A stretch of 64,000 nucleotides of DNA from an uncultured Planctomycetales bacterium (GCA_964464475.1 CAYXGG010000001.1:87174-151173); one strand, 5' to 3'; positions 17,314-27,545 are shown, numbered from the stretch's first letter. Made by a program: numbers and translations. The notes: generated by a model from the sequence alone, not told the origin.

Positions 17314-19564
17314 TACAGGTGCTTCTGAAAATAAAACAACGACAGTGTCAGGCCGTTTGGTCTGGGTATTGTCATTGTGCCTGATTGTGTCGGTATTCAT
17401 CATGGTTTTCATTCGATCTCAGGAAAACTTGAGTAACGAGGACACGATCTATCATTTACGAATGGGTAAGATCATTTTGGAAGAAGGGTTGCCCAAATTG
17501 GATATGTTGTCTTTTTCGGCCGCCCATAAGCCTTGGCCTAGCCATGAATGGCTTTGGCAACTTTTTATTTTTCGCTTAACTGAATTCGCGGGGATCAATA
17601 GCATTGTTTGGTTACAGTCGTTACTGCTGATCGTGGGGCTTGGCTTACTATTTTTCTGGGGATATCGGAAGGATCTGGTATTTCTAGTTGCCATCGGGTT
17701 ATTGGCGGTTACTTTAGTAAGATCGGATAGATGTTTGATCAGGGTTGACATGGTCAGTTTGTTTTTATCCGTCCTTTTTATGGTATTAATGGACAAAGGA
17801 TTGAATAAACGTTGGGTATTAGTCTTGCTTTTTCTTTTGCAGGTAATTTGGGTTAATATTCATGGTTTCTTTATCTTTGGGCCTTTGGTGGCCATCCTTT
17901 TCTTCATAGCAGAATTTATTAAACGCCATTGCCCTTTACCCTGGGAGTGGAAGCGAGCCTCAAGTGTTTCTCCAGAGGAGTACACTAATCTTAAGATACT
18001 GCCTTGGCTACTCATGGGAGGTTGTTTGATAAATCCTGAGTTTCTCCAGGGAGCTATTTATCCTTTAAAAATATTGTTTGCCGCGAAAAGTGATTCGGCT
18101 CATTTATATACATTTATTAGTGAACTGCAGAGACCTTTTGACCTCGCCGCCATAAGGAATATCCACGTCCAAACAGGATACAAAATAGTCTTTTTGCTGT
18201 CGGGATTAAGTTTTCTTGTGAATTATCGCAAAATCGATTTGAAGGTTCTATTCGTCTGGTTAGCCTTTTTATTATTTTCTTCAAGCGCTTATCGAACTTT
18301 GATTTTTTGGGGGCCGCCTGCCTATTGGGTCATGATGGCTAACTTATCCAAGATTGATTTTAGTCATTTCTATCATAGAAATGATTCTTTCAGTAAATGT
18401 ATTCGAATTGCCTGCTTGGGTATTTTGGTTTATTTGTTAACTGCCGTAAGTCAGCAGATCGTGATGAAGATCAAAAATAATAAGACTTTTGACCCTGTTA
18501 GCCAAACTTATGTGAGTGCTTATGGGAGATTCTGGGAAAGCCGGTCAATTAAGAAAATTTTGGATTTTATAGTGTCTAACAATTTGCAGGGTAATTTTGT
18601 TAATTCATTGGAGTCAGGGCTCCATCTTTCCTATCGGGCGTATCCGCATATTAAGACTTTTTTCGATGGCCGTGTCGAAATATACGACCGGGAAGTTTTT
18701 GATCAGTATGTGCGTATTAGACATGAGGGGGACTGGGAACTGTTTAATCAGCTGGCCCAGAAACATGATGTGTCGGGATTTTTGTTAACGCACTTAGAAG
18801 AGGGTTTCCCCGCAAATGATTTTCTTAAGAAGATGATCCATTCAGATTTATGGAAACTGGTTTATTTAGATTATGATGGCGTTGTCTTCCTTAAGAATTC
18901 GACCCTGAATCAAGCAGTCATACAAAAGAACCTTATTGATTTGGATCGCTGGGAAACTGGCCCCACCACAGTGAGTTATACCTATCCAGATCCGGCTATT
19001 GCGCAAGTGTATCTAAAACGTGCTGTGCTTTTAGAAGCATTAGGCTTCCCTCAGAAGGCTCGAACCGAAATGGAGCAGGCTTTAATTATTTCTCCGAGCG
19101 ATTCAGATTTGCTCTTGCGAGCTGCAAAGCTGGATGGCATTGTTGGAAACTATTCAGCGCAAGTCGAGAAATCTTTAGTGTTACTTAATCAATCGCCGCG
19201 AAGTATCAAGTTAATGTTATTGGGGCTCATTGCGTATTTGAATAACGGACAATGGGATGAGGCCAATGAAATAAGTCTCAGGATGTTGAAGCAACAGCCT
19301 CAAGATCCGCGCTGTCACCTGGGGAGAGGACTAGTATTTCTTGCTCAGGGATTGGAACAAAACGTATGGGAAGCCCTGGATAAGGCGTTAGATTTGGGAT
19401 TAGACGTTGCCCTGCTGACAGATTTGGTGGAGAGTGCAGACCGGTGGAATAAAGTAGAAATTTTGAAAAGAGTGGCTTCCAGAATTCTCGAAAGAAATAA
19501 TTTAGCTAACGATATAAGGAAAAAGCTAGTGACTTTAACCAACGTAGGTTCAACAGAAAAATAG
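17279..19564 (+). CDS. Polytopic membrane protein (about 10 transmembrane helices) with C-terminal TPR repeats
   Basis: The first ~430 aa are hydrophobic and the C-terminal ~300 aa are TPR-like. Start chosen at ATG 17279; the tracked ORF begins earlier inside the previous gene. It overlaps the previous stop by 35 nt. Confidence 0.5.
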   Translation: MRSSLGLALKNNTGASENKTTTVSGRLVWVLSLCLIVSVFIMVFIRSQENLSNEDTIYHLRMGKIILEEGLPKLDMLSFSAAHKPWPSHEWLWQLFIFRLTEFAGINSIVWLQSLLLIVGLGLLFFWGYRKDLVFLVAIGLLAVTLVRSDRCLIRVDMVSLFLSVLFMVLMDKGLNKRWVLVLLFLLQVIWVNIHGFFIFGPLVAILFFIAEFIKRHCPLPWEWKRASSVSPEEYTNLKILPWLLMGGCLINPEFLQGAIYPLKILFAAKSDSAHLYTFISELQRPFDLAAIRNIHVQTGYKIVFLLSGLSFLVNYRKIDLKVLFVWLAFLLFSSSAYRTLIFWGPPAYWVMMANLSKIDFSHFYHRNDSFSKCIRIACLGILVYLLTAVSQQIVMKIKNNKTFDPVSQTYVSAYGRFWESRSIKKILDFIVSNNLQGNFVNSLESGLHLSYRAYPHIKTFFDGRVEIYDREVFDQYVRIRHEGDWELFNQLAQKHDVSGFLLTHLEEGFPANDFLKKMIHSDLWKLVYLDYDGVVFLKNSTLNQAVIQKNLIDLDRWETGPTTVSYTYPDPAIAQVYLKRAVLLEALGFPQKARTEMEQALIISPSDSDLLLRAAKLDGIVGNYSAQVEKSLVLLNQSPRSIKLMLLGLIAYLNNGQWDEANEISLRMLKQQPQDPRCHLGRGLVFLAQGLEQNVWEALDKALDLGLDVALLTDLVESADRWNKVEILKRVASRILERNNLANDIRKKLVTLTNVGSTEK

Positions 19565-19599
19565 ATTTAAAGTTAAACGCCATCAATAAGGAACCACCA

Positions 19600-20445
19600 A
19601 TGATTTCAGAAGTAGTCACTTATGTACCGGATAATTGCTTAAAGAAAGGTTATTTGGCCTTACTTAAAGAGATTGTTCAGGAGATTGTTAGAAATCGTTG
19701 GCTAACCTTACAGCTTTTTAAAAGAGATTTCTTTGCGTCGTACAAACAGTCGATCGTAGGCATCGTTTGGATTTTTGTTATGCCGTTATTTAATGTGGGG
19801 GCTTTCGTTTTATTAAACCAATCAGGTGTTTTTAATGTCGGAGAGGTTCCTGTTCCTTATCCTTTGTATGCCATTTTAAGTATGTCTTTGTGGCAAATTT
19901 TTGCCGGGGGTTTGATGGCCTGCAGTAGTTCATTAACTAACGCCGGAGACATGTTGACGCGGATTAACTTTAGTCGCAAATCATTGGTTTTTGCCGCCAT
20001 CGGACGTCCTATTGTTTCGTTGCTGATCCAATTTGGTTTAGTCTTTGTCCTATGTTTTTATTATCGGATCACGCCTCATTTAAACGCGATCTACCTTCCT
20101 TTTGTCTTTGTGGCCATTCTTTGTTTAACCGTTAGTTTGGGGATGATCCTGGCGATTCTCAACTCTTTGGTGAAAGATACAGGAAATCTTCTTTATATAT
20201 TATTGATGCTGCTGATGTATTTAACTCCGGTCCTTTATGCGAAACCCTTAAAAGGTCTTCTCGCTGTCATGACTCAATATAACCCAATGTATTATTTGCT
20301 TTCTGCCGGCAGAGATTTGTTTTTATGGGGGGAAATAAAAGAGCTGAATGCTTTTGTATGGGTTGTTTTGGGATCGATTTTACTATTCCTATTTTCTTTG
20401 GTTTTCTTTCATCTCAGTGAATCACGTTTAGCGGAGCGTATATAA
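19600..20445 (+). CDS. ABC-2 type polysaccharide exporter permease (Wzm-like), pair 2
   Basis: Six transmembrane helices with an ABC-2 motif (RDFFASYKQSIVGIVWIFVMP); paralog of the protein at 13210-13995. Confidence 0.75.
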   Translation: MISEVVTYVPDNCLKKGYLALLKEIVQEIVRNRWLTLQLFKRDFFASYKQSIVGIVWIFVMPLFNVGAFVLLNQSGVFNVGEVPVPYPLYAILSMSLWQIFAGGLMACSSSLTNAGDMLTRINFSRKSLVFAAIGRPIVSLLIQFGLVFVLCFYYRITPHLNAIYLPFVFVAILCLTVSLGMILAILNSLVKDTGNLLYILLMLLMYLTPVLYAKPLKGLLAVMTQYNPMYYLLSAGRDLFLWGEIKELNAFVWVVLGSILLFLFSLVFFHLSESRLAERI

Positions 20446-20448
20446 GCT

Positions 20449-21675
20449 ATGAATTCGAACATCGCTATCAGCGTTGAAGGGGTCTCCAAGAAATTTTGTC
20501 GTTCTTTGAAGCGATCCATGGCTTATGGGTTAACCGACATAGGGAGGAATCTTTTGGGATGTTCTTCTCTCCCAGCTAAGGAACGAAAAGAAGAATTTTG
20601 GGCGGTAGATAACGTTTCTTTTCAAATCCAACGAGGAGAATCTTTTGGCTTGATTGGACCAAATGGTTCAGGCAAGACCACTTTATTAAAGATGCTTAAC
20701 GGAATTTTCTGGCCGGATCGTGGTCGCATTGAAATGAGGGGGCGGGTAGGGGCTTTGATTGCCGTAGGCGCGGGTTTCCATCCGATGTTGACGGGACGAG
20801 AAAATGTTTATATTAATGGCGCCATCCTGGGGATGAACAAAAGAGAGATTGACCAAAAATTTGACGCCATCGTGGATTTCGCAGACATTGGAGAATTTAT
20901 CGATGCCCCCGTTAAACACTATTCGAGTGGTATGTTTGTGCGTTTAGGATTTGCCGTGGCGGTTCACGGTAATCCGGAAGTGTTGTTGATTGATGAAGTC
21001 TTGGCGGTAGGAGATAAAGATTTTCAAATGAAGTGTTATCGTAAGATTAACGAAATCCGAACGCAGGGAACAACCGTTATTCTTGTCGCGCATAATGAGT
21101 ACACTATTAGAGAATACACTAACCGCTGCGCGTATTTAAATCATGGTAAAGAGCGGTTTATTGGGTCAAGCGAAGAAGGCATATCGTTGTATATGCGCGA
21201 TATTTTAGAACTTAAGTCAAAGCAAGAAAAGAAGTCAAATACACCTGGCTTTGTTCGTTCTTCTCAATCGCAGCTATTGCCGGTTAAGTTCCTGGATGCG
21301 CAAGGTCGTCAGATTGATTTCCTTGAATCGGGGCAAGAATTAAACATTTTATTTGAATGCGTGCTTGATAAAGAAGTCCAGAATCCGGTTTTTGGCGTTA
21401 ATTTTTATGACAATGCGGGTTTTATGTACTGTGTTAACAGCAGTTATGAAGGGTTTAGTATCCCGGATGCTATCAATGGGCATGTGCGTATAAAAATTCA
21501 AATCCCCCATTTGCATTTACCGATGAATAATTATTTAGTCTCTACCATTATCGCTGAAGGAAATCCTGATAATTTGCTTGATTGGCACGACCGGGAATAT
21601 CGATTTGTGGTGGGACGGGCAGAAAATGCTCGTGGTTCAATAAAGCTTCCAACGCTTTGGAGTGTTGAAAAATGA
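20449..21675 (+). CDS. ABC transporter ATP-binding protein (Wzt-like) with a C-terminal extension, pair 2
   Basis: Walker A GPNGSGKTT, signature YSSGMFVRL, Walker B LLIDEVLAVGD, and a C-terminal ~160-aa domain. Confidence 0.85.
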   Translation: MNSNIAISVEGVSKKFCRSLKRSMAYGLTDIGRNLLGCSSLPAKERKEEFWAVDNVSFQIQRGESFGLIGPNGSGKTTLLKMLNGIFWPDRGRIEMRGRVGALIAVGAGFHPMLTGRENVYINGAILGMNKREIDQKFDAIVDFADIGEFIDAPVKHYSSGMFVRLGFAVAVHGNPEVLLIDEVLAVGDKDFQMKCYRKINEIRTQGTTVILVAHNEYTIREYTNRCAYLNHGKERFIGSSEEGISLYMRDILELKSKQEKKSNTPGFVRSSQSQLLPVKFLDAQGRQIDFLESGQELNILFECVLDKEVQNPVFGVNFYDNAGFMYCVNSSYEGFSIPDAINGHVRIKIQIPHLHLPMNNYLVSTIIAEGNPDNLLDWHDREYRFVVGRAENARGSIKLPTLWSVEK

Positions 21676-22850
21676 ATTCTACTAATAAAAAGCGATTGGC
21701 TGTTGTGCCTACAGATCCGATTGAACTGTATTTGAATTCCGGCTATGGGGCAAAATGGCTCAAAGAATACTTCAACCCGTTGAAATTTTTTGATGAAGTC
21801 TATGTGCTCTCGCCGAATGAGAAGGACAATCCTGATTTGCTGGGTATGCAAGCGATCAGAACCACCAGCACACAGTTCGCACGGCGTCTCAAGGAACTGC
21901 GCATTGATGTGGTCCGGGCCTACGGGGCCTTTTGGCCGTGTGAGTTGGCTTGCACCAATAAGGTAAACAACGTCCCCGTCGTAGTATCAGTTCATGACAC
22001 GAATCCAGAATTATTATGGGATTCAATTGCCAAAGCGGACGCGGTGTATGCGATGACTCATGAGGTCAGGCGATTAGTTTTGGATAAACATAAGAATCCG
22101 GATCGCGTTTGGGTGCTGCCAAATCGGATTCATTTCGATTATATGCGTCCGTATTCTAAAGAAGAGATTGGTTCAGAATTAGACAGTAAATATCCATTTA
22201 AATATAAATTGATTCATGTCGGCCGCAGGAGCAAACAAAAGAATTTAGACAATATTATTAAGTCTTTGAAGGTTTTAGGAAAGGATTATTGTTTGTTAGC
22301 TGTGGGTAAAGGGGATGCTCAGGAATATATCAGCCTTGCCCGTGACTGGGGTGTTCTGGATCAATGTTTCTTTATCGAAGCCATTTCTAATGAGGAATTG
22401 GCTAAATACTATTCTTGGGCGGATTGCGTTTGTATGCCCAGTCGATGGGAAGGCTTTGGCATGGTCATTTCCGAAGCTTTAGCCGCTGAGGGTGTTTTGT
22501 TGACTTCAGATTTACCACCGATGACGGAATTTGTGCAGCATGGGTTTAATGGTTTGCTTTTAAAAGATTTGGAAAATCATCAGGCGTTGGCCGAATTGGT
22601 TAGACAAGCCTGCACGGATGTTGGTCTACGGAAAATTCTAAAATCTAACGCTCGCAAGAGCGTGGAATGCTTTGAACAAAGCAAAGTGGATACTTTAGAG
22701 GCGAGTTATTATCAAAAAGTTTTAGATTTAAAAGAACAAGGGGCTTTTCGTCAGTCCTGGAAACAGAAAGTTTTCTACTCATCAATTGGGAAGAAAGTCC
22801 GCCCGATGATTCCCATGAGCATCAGAAAAAGATTTCTAGGAACGGTGTAA
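21672..22850 (+). CDS. Glycosyltransferase family 4 (GT-B, group 1)
   Basis: EX7E region CMPSRWEGFGMVISEAL. Confidence 0.7.
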   Translation: MNSTNKKRLAVVPTDPIELYLNSGYGAKWLKEYFNPLKFFDEVYVLSPNEKDNPDLLGMQAIRTTSTQFARRLKELRIDVVRAYGAFWPCELACTNKVNNVPVVVSVHDTNPELLWDSIAKADAVYAMTHEVRRLVLDKHKNPDRVWVLPNRIHFDYMRPYSKEEIGSELDSKYPFKYKLIHVGRRSKQKNLDNIIKSLKVLGKDYCLLAVGKGDAQEYISLARDWGVLDQCFFIEAISNEELAKYYSWADCVCMPSRWEGFGMVISEALAAEGVLLTSDLPPMTEFVQHGFNGLLLKDLENHQALAELVRQACTDVGLRKILKSNARKSVECFEQSKVDTLEASYYQKVLDLKEQGAFRQSWKQKVFYSSIGKKVRPMIPMSIRKRFLGTV

Positions 22851-22873
22851 TTCTTAAACGCAGTGAGGAAAAA

Positions 22874-25186
22874 ATGCTATCCAAATTATTAAATCCCTTA
22901 AGAAAAAAATTTAAACAACCCATTATTGACGGGATCTATCGGTTTTTAATGCGCAGTTCAAAATATCTCTGGGGACGGAAGCCTTTTGATATTGAAGAAT
23001 TAAAGTTACTCACCGAAGCCTTGGCTTCTCAGAATCTTTTCGGCGTGGACGGTAAGATGGTGCCTGCCTTTGAAAAAGAATTCGCCCATCTTTATGGTGT
23101 TCCTTATGCCGTCGCTTCGACTTCGGGAACGGCCGCGATCCATACCGCGCTAGGCGCGCTTGATTTAAACCCTGGGGACGAGGTGATTACCGCGCCGATT
23201 ACGGACTTAGGTACGGTGATTCCGATTCTTTCGTTAAATGCTATCCCGGTTTTCGCGGACATCGACGCTAGCTATAACATGGATCCCCGTGATGTGGAGC
23301 GAAAAATAACCGACCGTACGCGTGCTATTGTCGTCGTGCACCTTTTTGGAAACCCTTGTGATATGGACGCGATGGTGGCGATCGCTAGGAAACATAAAAT
23401 TCCGCTTATCGAAGATTGTTCGCAATCTCATGTGACCTCCTATAAGGGTAGGTACGTTGGGACGATCGGCGATATTGGCTGTTTCAGTTTTCAACAATCA
23501 AAACATATGACGACGGGGGATGGAGGGATGACCATCACCTCCAACGCAGCCTATTATGAACGGATGAAGCTTTATGTGGATAAAGGGTTCATGCGCAAAG
23601 GGTGGGGCGCTCGCGCTTACGGGTTTCATGCGCCCAATTATCGCATGAACGAATTGACCGCAGCGGTTGGGCGGGCCCAAATTAAGAAGGTAAAAGCTGT
23701 CGTTCAGAAACGCCATGAAATGGGAAGTCTTTTAACGTCATTATTGAGTAATGTTCCTGGTTTAACAACGGCACCCGTAACTGACGGAGGGTATCATTCG
23801 TACTGGTTGTATCCTTTGCTCACAGAAGGAATCGATATTGAATTATTTGCCAAGGAAATGATTAAGTCTCATTTTTGGAGCGCTCCGGGATATACAGGTA
23901 AACCCATTTATTTGTGCAGTGAGTCATTGACGGCTAAGAAAACTTACGGCAATTCGCAGTTCCCTTTTAATTCTACTTTTGCCAGTAAGAAATACGAGTA
24001 TGTTGAGGGTCTTTGTCCAAAAGCGGAAATGACCTTGAAACAGTTAGTTACCATGCCTTGGGATGAGAGCTGGGATGAACTAAGGGTGCGGAAAGCTGCC
24101 GAGGTGATTAAGTCTACCTTGGCGCGCGTGAGGAGCGGTGAAGAGAGTTCTTTGAAAGCTGTCGCTCAAACTAAGGCGCCTGTGAATGCGAAGCAAACCG
24201 AGCATTCTGTTTCCCCGCAAGCTACTCTCAATATTGGCATTATTGGTTGTGGCCAGATGGGGCGTTGGCATTTAGACGCTTATAAAAAGAACCTGCAGGT
24301 TAAATGCGTGGCTTTTGTCGACACAGACTTAAAGAAAGCTGAAGAGTTCGCGCAAGAAGTCGGCGGCAAAGCGTATGATAGCACCTCAAAAATGTTGGCT
24401 CAGGAGAAATTGGATGGGGTCAGTGTTTGTACGATCCCTTCAACCCATGAGCGTATTGTTTTGGATTTGTTGAGTGCAGGTGTAAATGTGTTGTGTGAGA
24501 AACCTTTAGCCATTTCGGTAAGAGAGGCTGCTGCGATGATGGCCAAGGCCAAAGAAAAAGAGCGGCTATGTTTGACGGCGTTTAAGTTTCGGTTCTTTGA
24601 AGAAGTCACCCGGGCTAAAGAAATCATTGATTCCGGGGCCCTGGGGAAAATTTATAACTTTCGTCTGATGTTCGGCGGGCAGATCAATATGGAAGGGACG
24701 TGGTTTGCCAACAAGTCATTGTCTGGGGGCGGTATTATCATGGATAACGGACCGCACGCCTTTGATTTGATTCATTATTTGTTGGGATCTTTGCATAAAG
24801 TCAACGCACATGCCAGTACGTTTCAAAATATCCAAGTTGAAGATACGGCGCAAGTTTCTGTGACTTTATCGAATGGTACCGTCGGCACTGTGGACGTAAG
24901 CTGGAATACCGTTCTTCCTGCTGCCAATTATTTGGAGATTTATGGAGAAAATGGTTGTTTGTTTTTGGACTTCGGGGGAATTACCTATAAATATAAAACT
25001 TGGGATAGTTTTAAGCGAGTCGCCAACTTAGGAGATATTAAACAAGCTTTTCAAAGACAAATTAATCATTTTGTCGAGGCGATTCCAAATCAAAAAACAA
25101 CCGTGATTACAAACCAAGATGGCTTGCTAGCTCAAGAATGGATTGAACAGGCCTATCAATCGCTTGCAGGAGTTGTTGAAAAATGA
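22874..25186 (+). CDS. Bifunctional DegT/DnrJ/EryC1-type PLP sugar aminotransferase (N-terminal) fused to a Gfo/Idh/MocA NAD-dependent oxidoreductase (C-terminal); WbpE-WbpB-like
   Basis: The N-terminal ~420 aa show the DegT pattern (GDEVITAPITDLGTV...SFQQSKHMTTGDGG with the PLP lysine). The C-terminal ~330 aa show the Gfo/Idh/MocA pattern (IGIIGCGQMGRWH...EKPLAISVREA). Confidence 0.8.
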   Translation: MLSKLLNPLRKKFKQPIIDGIYRFLMRSSKYLWGRKPFDIEELKLLTEALASQNLFGVDGKMVPAFEKEFAHLYGVPYAVASTSGTAAIHTALGALDLNPGDEVITAPITDLGTVIPILSLNAIPVFADIDASYNMDPRDVERKITDRTRAIVVVHLFGNPCDMDAMVAIARKHKIPLIEDCSQSHVTSYKGRYVGTIGDIGCFSFQQSKHMTTGDGGMTITSNAAYYERMKLYVDKGFMRKGWGARAYGFHAPNYRMNELTAAVGRAQIKKVKAVVQKRHEMGSLLTSLLSNVPGLTTAPVTDGGYHSYWLYPLLTEGIDIELFAKEMIKSHFWSAPGYTGKPIYLCSESLTAKKTYGNSQFPFNSTFASKKYEYVEGLCPKAEMTLKQLVTMPWDESWDELRVRKAAEVIKSTLARVRSGEESSLKAVAQTKAPVNAKQTEHSVSPQATLNIGIIGCGQMGRWHLDAYKKNLQVKCVAFVDTDLKKAEEFAQEVGGKAYDSTSKMLAQEKLDGVSVCTIPSTHERIVLDLLSAGVNVLCEKPLAISVREAAAMMAKAKEKERLCLTAFKFRFFEEVTRAKEIIDSGALGKIYNFRLMFGGQINMEGTWFANKSLSGGGIIMDNGPHAFDLIHYLLGSLHKVNAHASTFQNIQVEDTAQVSVTLSNGTVGTVDVSWNTVLPAANYLEIYGENGCLFLDFGGITYKYKTWDSFKRVANLGDIKQAFQRQINHFVEAIPNQKTTVITNQDGLLAQEWIEQAYQSLAGVVEK

Positions 25187-26517
25187 CAGTGGCTGCGCTG
25201 GACAAACAACGAGTGAATTTCTTTGTCTTGGGGTTAAATATGGCAGTTGCGCTTCTGTCGCTGGCTGGGTGCTTCTATTTGCAATATTATCATCCGGCAA
25301 GCTACGCCCAACTCGTTTTGGAAGATTGTTGGGGAGAGTATGGAACGTTTTGTGCCTATTTATTGGCAGCCTTATTGCTGTTGTTGGTGATGATAAAAAA
25401 GCCGTCATTCTTTAAATTTGGCTACATTGGCTTGGCTATCGTTCTTTTTGTGATCGGCATGGAGGAAATCAGCTGGGGACAGAGAATATTAAATTTCTCA
25501 ACCCCGGAAGTCATGAAAAAACTTAATTATCAGTCCGAAGTTTCAGTTCATAATATTTTGGATAATTATTTCGATATTCAATCGTTGTTTATTTATGCGA
25601 TTAGTTTCTGGGTAATGTTAGTGCCTTGGTTGCTTAAGAAATTTGCTAGCTTAAGATACTGGTTCGAGAAGCTTGGACTTCCGGTTTTTCCTCCGGAGAC
25701 GACTCCCTTATTTCTTGTTTCTTTAGGTCTTACGATCACTGCACCGTTTATCAGTAATGATGAAATAAAAGAGTTGTTGTTGGCTTTTGCCTTTTTGTTC
25801 ATGTCCGTCATTATTTTTGGGCGTGTGTTTTCTTCAGACAAAGTGAAAAGTGTTGATGTATTGCGCCATTTGATGGTTGTCTTGATTTTGGGTGTTGTCC
25901 TGACGGGCGCCATGGTGCGTTTTTGGGGGTCAAAATGGAAGGATGAAGGGCGATTTAAGGGACAACTACATTGGATGGCGGCGATTGAATATGGGAAAAA
26001 GAATTTGCCACGTCAACAGCAACAATTGTTTGAATATATCTTGGCAGAACCACATTTTCATCGTCCAGAGACGTTGATACAATTTGGCCTTGCTTTAGCT
26101 AAACACAAAAACCCGAAAGCACAGGCAATCTTGGAGATGGCTTTGAGGCAAGAAGTGATCAAACAACAAAAAGATCCAGGGAATCCAAAATATAGTCGCA
26201 ATCTTGGTTTAATTTACTACTTGATGGGACGGGGGGATGCTTCAGTTCAGGAATTAAATTTAGCGTTAAAGAAGGGATTAGCTCATTTAGCAGAAAGCGG
26301 TCGCTCGGGGGATTTTGATCAGATCTTTTCGGTTTTTGAAACTAATATTATCCGACGTGATTATGCCGCAGCTCGAAAGAATATTGACGAAGCAACGAAA
26401 AGCGTATCGCTCAGTGAACAAGCTATTAAAGTTGAGCTTTGGGAAGAGCGCTTGGAGTCAATTGAAAAGCTTTCTTACGAACAGTTTTTGCAATTATTGC
26501 AATTTATGTATTTGTAA
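25183..26517 (+). CDS. Membrane protein (about 6 N-terminal transmembrane helices) with a C-terminal soluble helical domain; unknown function
   Basis: Hydrophobicity pattern only; no catalytic motifs. Confidence 0.4.
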   Translation: MTVAALDKQRVNFFVLGLNMAVALLSLAGCFYLQYYHPASYAQLVLEDCWGEYGTFCAYLLAALLLLLVMIKKPSFFKFGYIGLAIVLFVIGMEEISWGQRILNFSTPEVMKKLNYQSEVSVHNILDNYFDIQSLFIYAISFWVMLVPWLLKKFASLRYWFEKLGLPVFPPETTPLFLVSLGLTITAPFISNDEIKELLLAFAFLFMSVIIFGRVFSSDKVKSVDVLRHLMVVLILGVVLTGAMVRFWGSKWKDEGRFKGQLHWMAAIEYGKKNLPRQQQQLFEYILAEPHFHRPETLIQFGLALAKHKNPKAQAILEMALRQEVIKQQKDPGNPKYSRNLGLIYYLMGRGDASVQELNLALKKGLAHLAESGRSGDFDQIFSVFETNIIRRDYAAARKNIDEATKSVSLSEQAIKVELWEERLESIEKLSYEQFLQLLQFMYL

Positions 26518-26542
26518 AATCATAAATAAATGAGGTCATGCG

Positions 26543-27544
26543 ATGAATAATATGAATCCTGCTAAAACGTCTTCAGAAAAAGGGGCCTTGCAAAATCTAA
26601 TTGATAAAGTTTTCCAACTGAAGAATCAGAAGCGAAATTCTTTGGCCCTGGCTATTGATTGGGTCAAGCGCAATCGCGTTGAGGGGAGCGGGATCCTAGT
26701 TCACCACCTTTCCGGTGACGTGACACCCGAAGTCACGGGATATTTAATTGCTTCGTTATATAACGCCGGGGAGAAAGAATTAGCTATTGATTTGGCGCGA
26801 TGGGAGGCCTCCATTCAATTGCCTAACGGCGCCTTTACCGCGCCGGGTTCTCGCGTCGCTTATACGTTTGATACCGCCCAAGTAATCAGAGGGTTTCTGA
26901 CGGTAGCGCCAGATTTACCTGAGATCAAAGAAAATTTAGCGTCCGCTTGTAGATTTGTTGCTGGCCAAATCGATGAGCAGGGAGAAGTTCATACGCCGGA
27001 TGACAGCATTTGGGCACTTCCGGATGGTAGTAAGTTATCACCATATTGTAATTTGTATTGCTTGGCTCCATTAAAGTCCGGGGGTGAATTACTTAATGAA
27101 TCAAGTTTCGTACAAGCGGCGAATCGCGCGCTCGCGTACTACAAAAGTAAGCCGGATATAACTGAGTTCAAACCACAATTAGGGACTTTGTCACATATTT
27201 TCGGTTATATGATGGAAGCTTTAGCTGAGATGGGAGAACATGATTTGGCCAAAAAGGGATTAGAGCAAGCTTGGAAATTACAGCGGGAAGACGGGTATGT
27301 GCCGGCGTACCCTGGTGCCACTTGGATGTGTTCAACGGGATTGGCCCAGCTGGGAATTGCCAGTTGGATGATTGGTTGGAAAGAGCCAGCGTTAAAAGCT
27401 TTAAGTTATTTGGAAAAAATTCAAAATAAAAGTGGAGGGTTTTTCGGTGGCTATGGGCCAGGAGCGCAATACTTTGCTAAGGAAGAGATCTGCTGGGCCA
27501 ATAAGTTTTTTATAGATTTAAATTTGTTAATTAGAGGAACATAA
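26543..27544 (+). CDS. Hypothetical protein (possible alpha/alpha-toroid, prenyltransferase/terpene-cyclase-like fold)
   Basis: Ribosome-binding site TGAGGT and a clean ORF. Weak aromatic-rich repeats only. Confidence 0.35.
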   Translation: MNNMNPAKTSSEKGALQNLIDKVFQLKNQKRNSLALAIDWVKRNRVEGSGILVHHLSGDVTPEVTGYLIASLYNAGEKELAIDLARWEASIQLPNGAFTAPGSRVAYTFDTAQVIRGFLTVAPDLPEIKENLASACRFVAGQIDEQGEVHTPDDSIWALPDGSKLSPYCNLYCLAPLKSGGELLNESSFVQAANRALAYYKSKPDITEFKPQLGTLSHIFGYMMEALAEMGEHDLAKKGLEQAWKLQREDGYVPAYPGATWMCSTGLAQLGIASWMIGWKEPALKALSYLEKIQNKSGGFFGGYGPGAQYFAKEEICWANKFFIDLNLLIRGT

Positions 27545-27545
27545 A

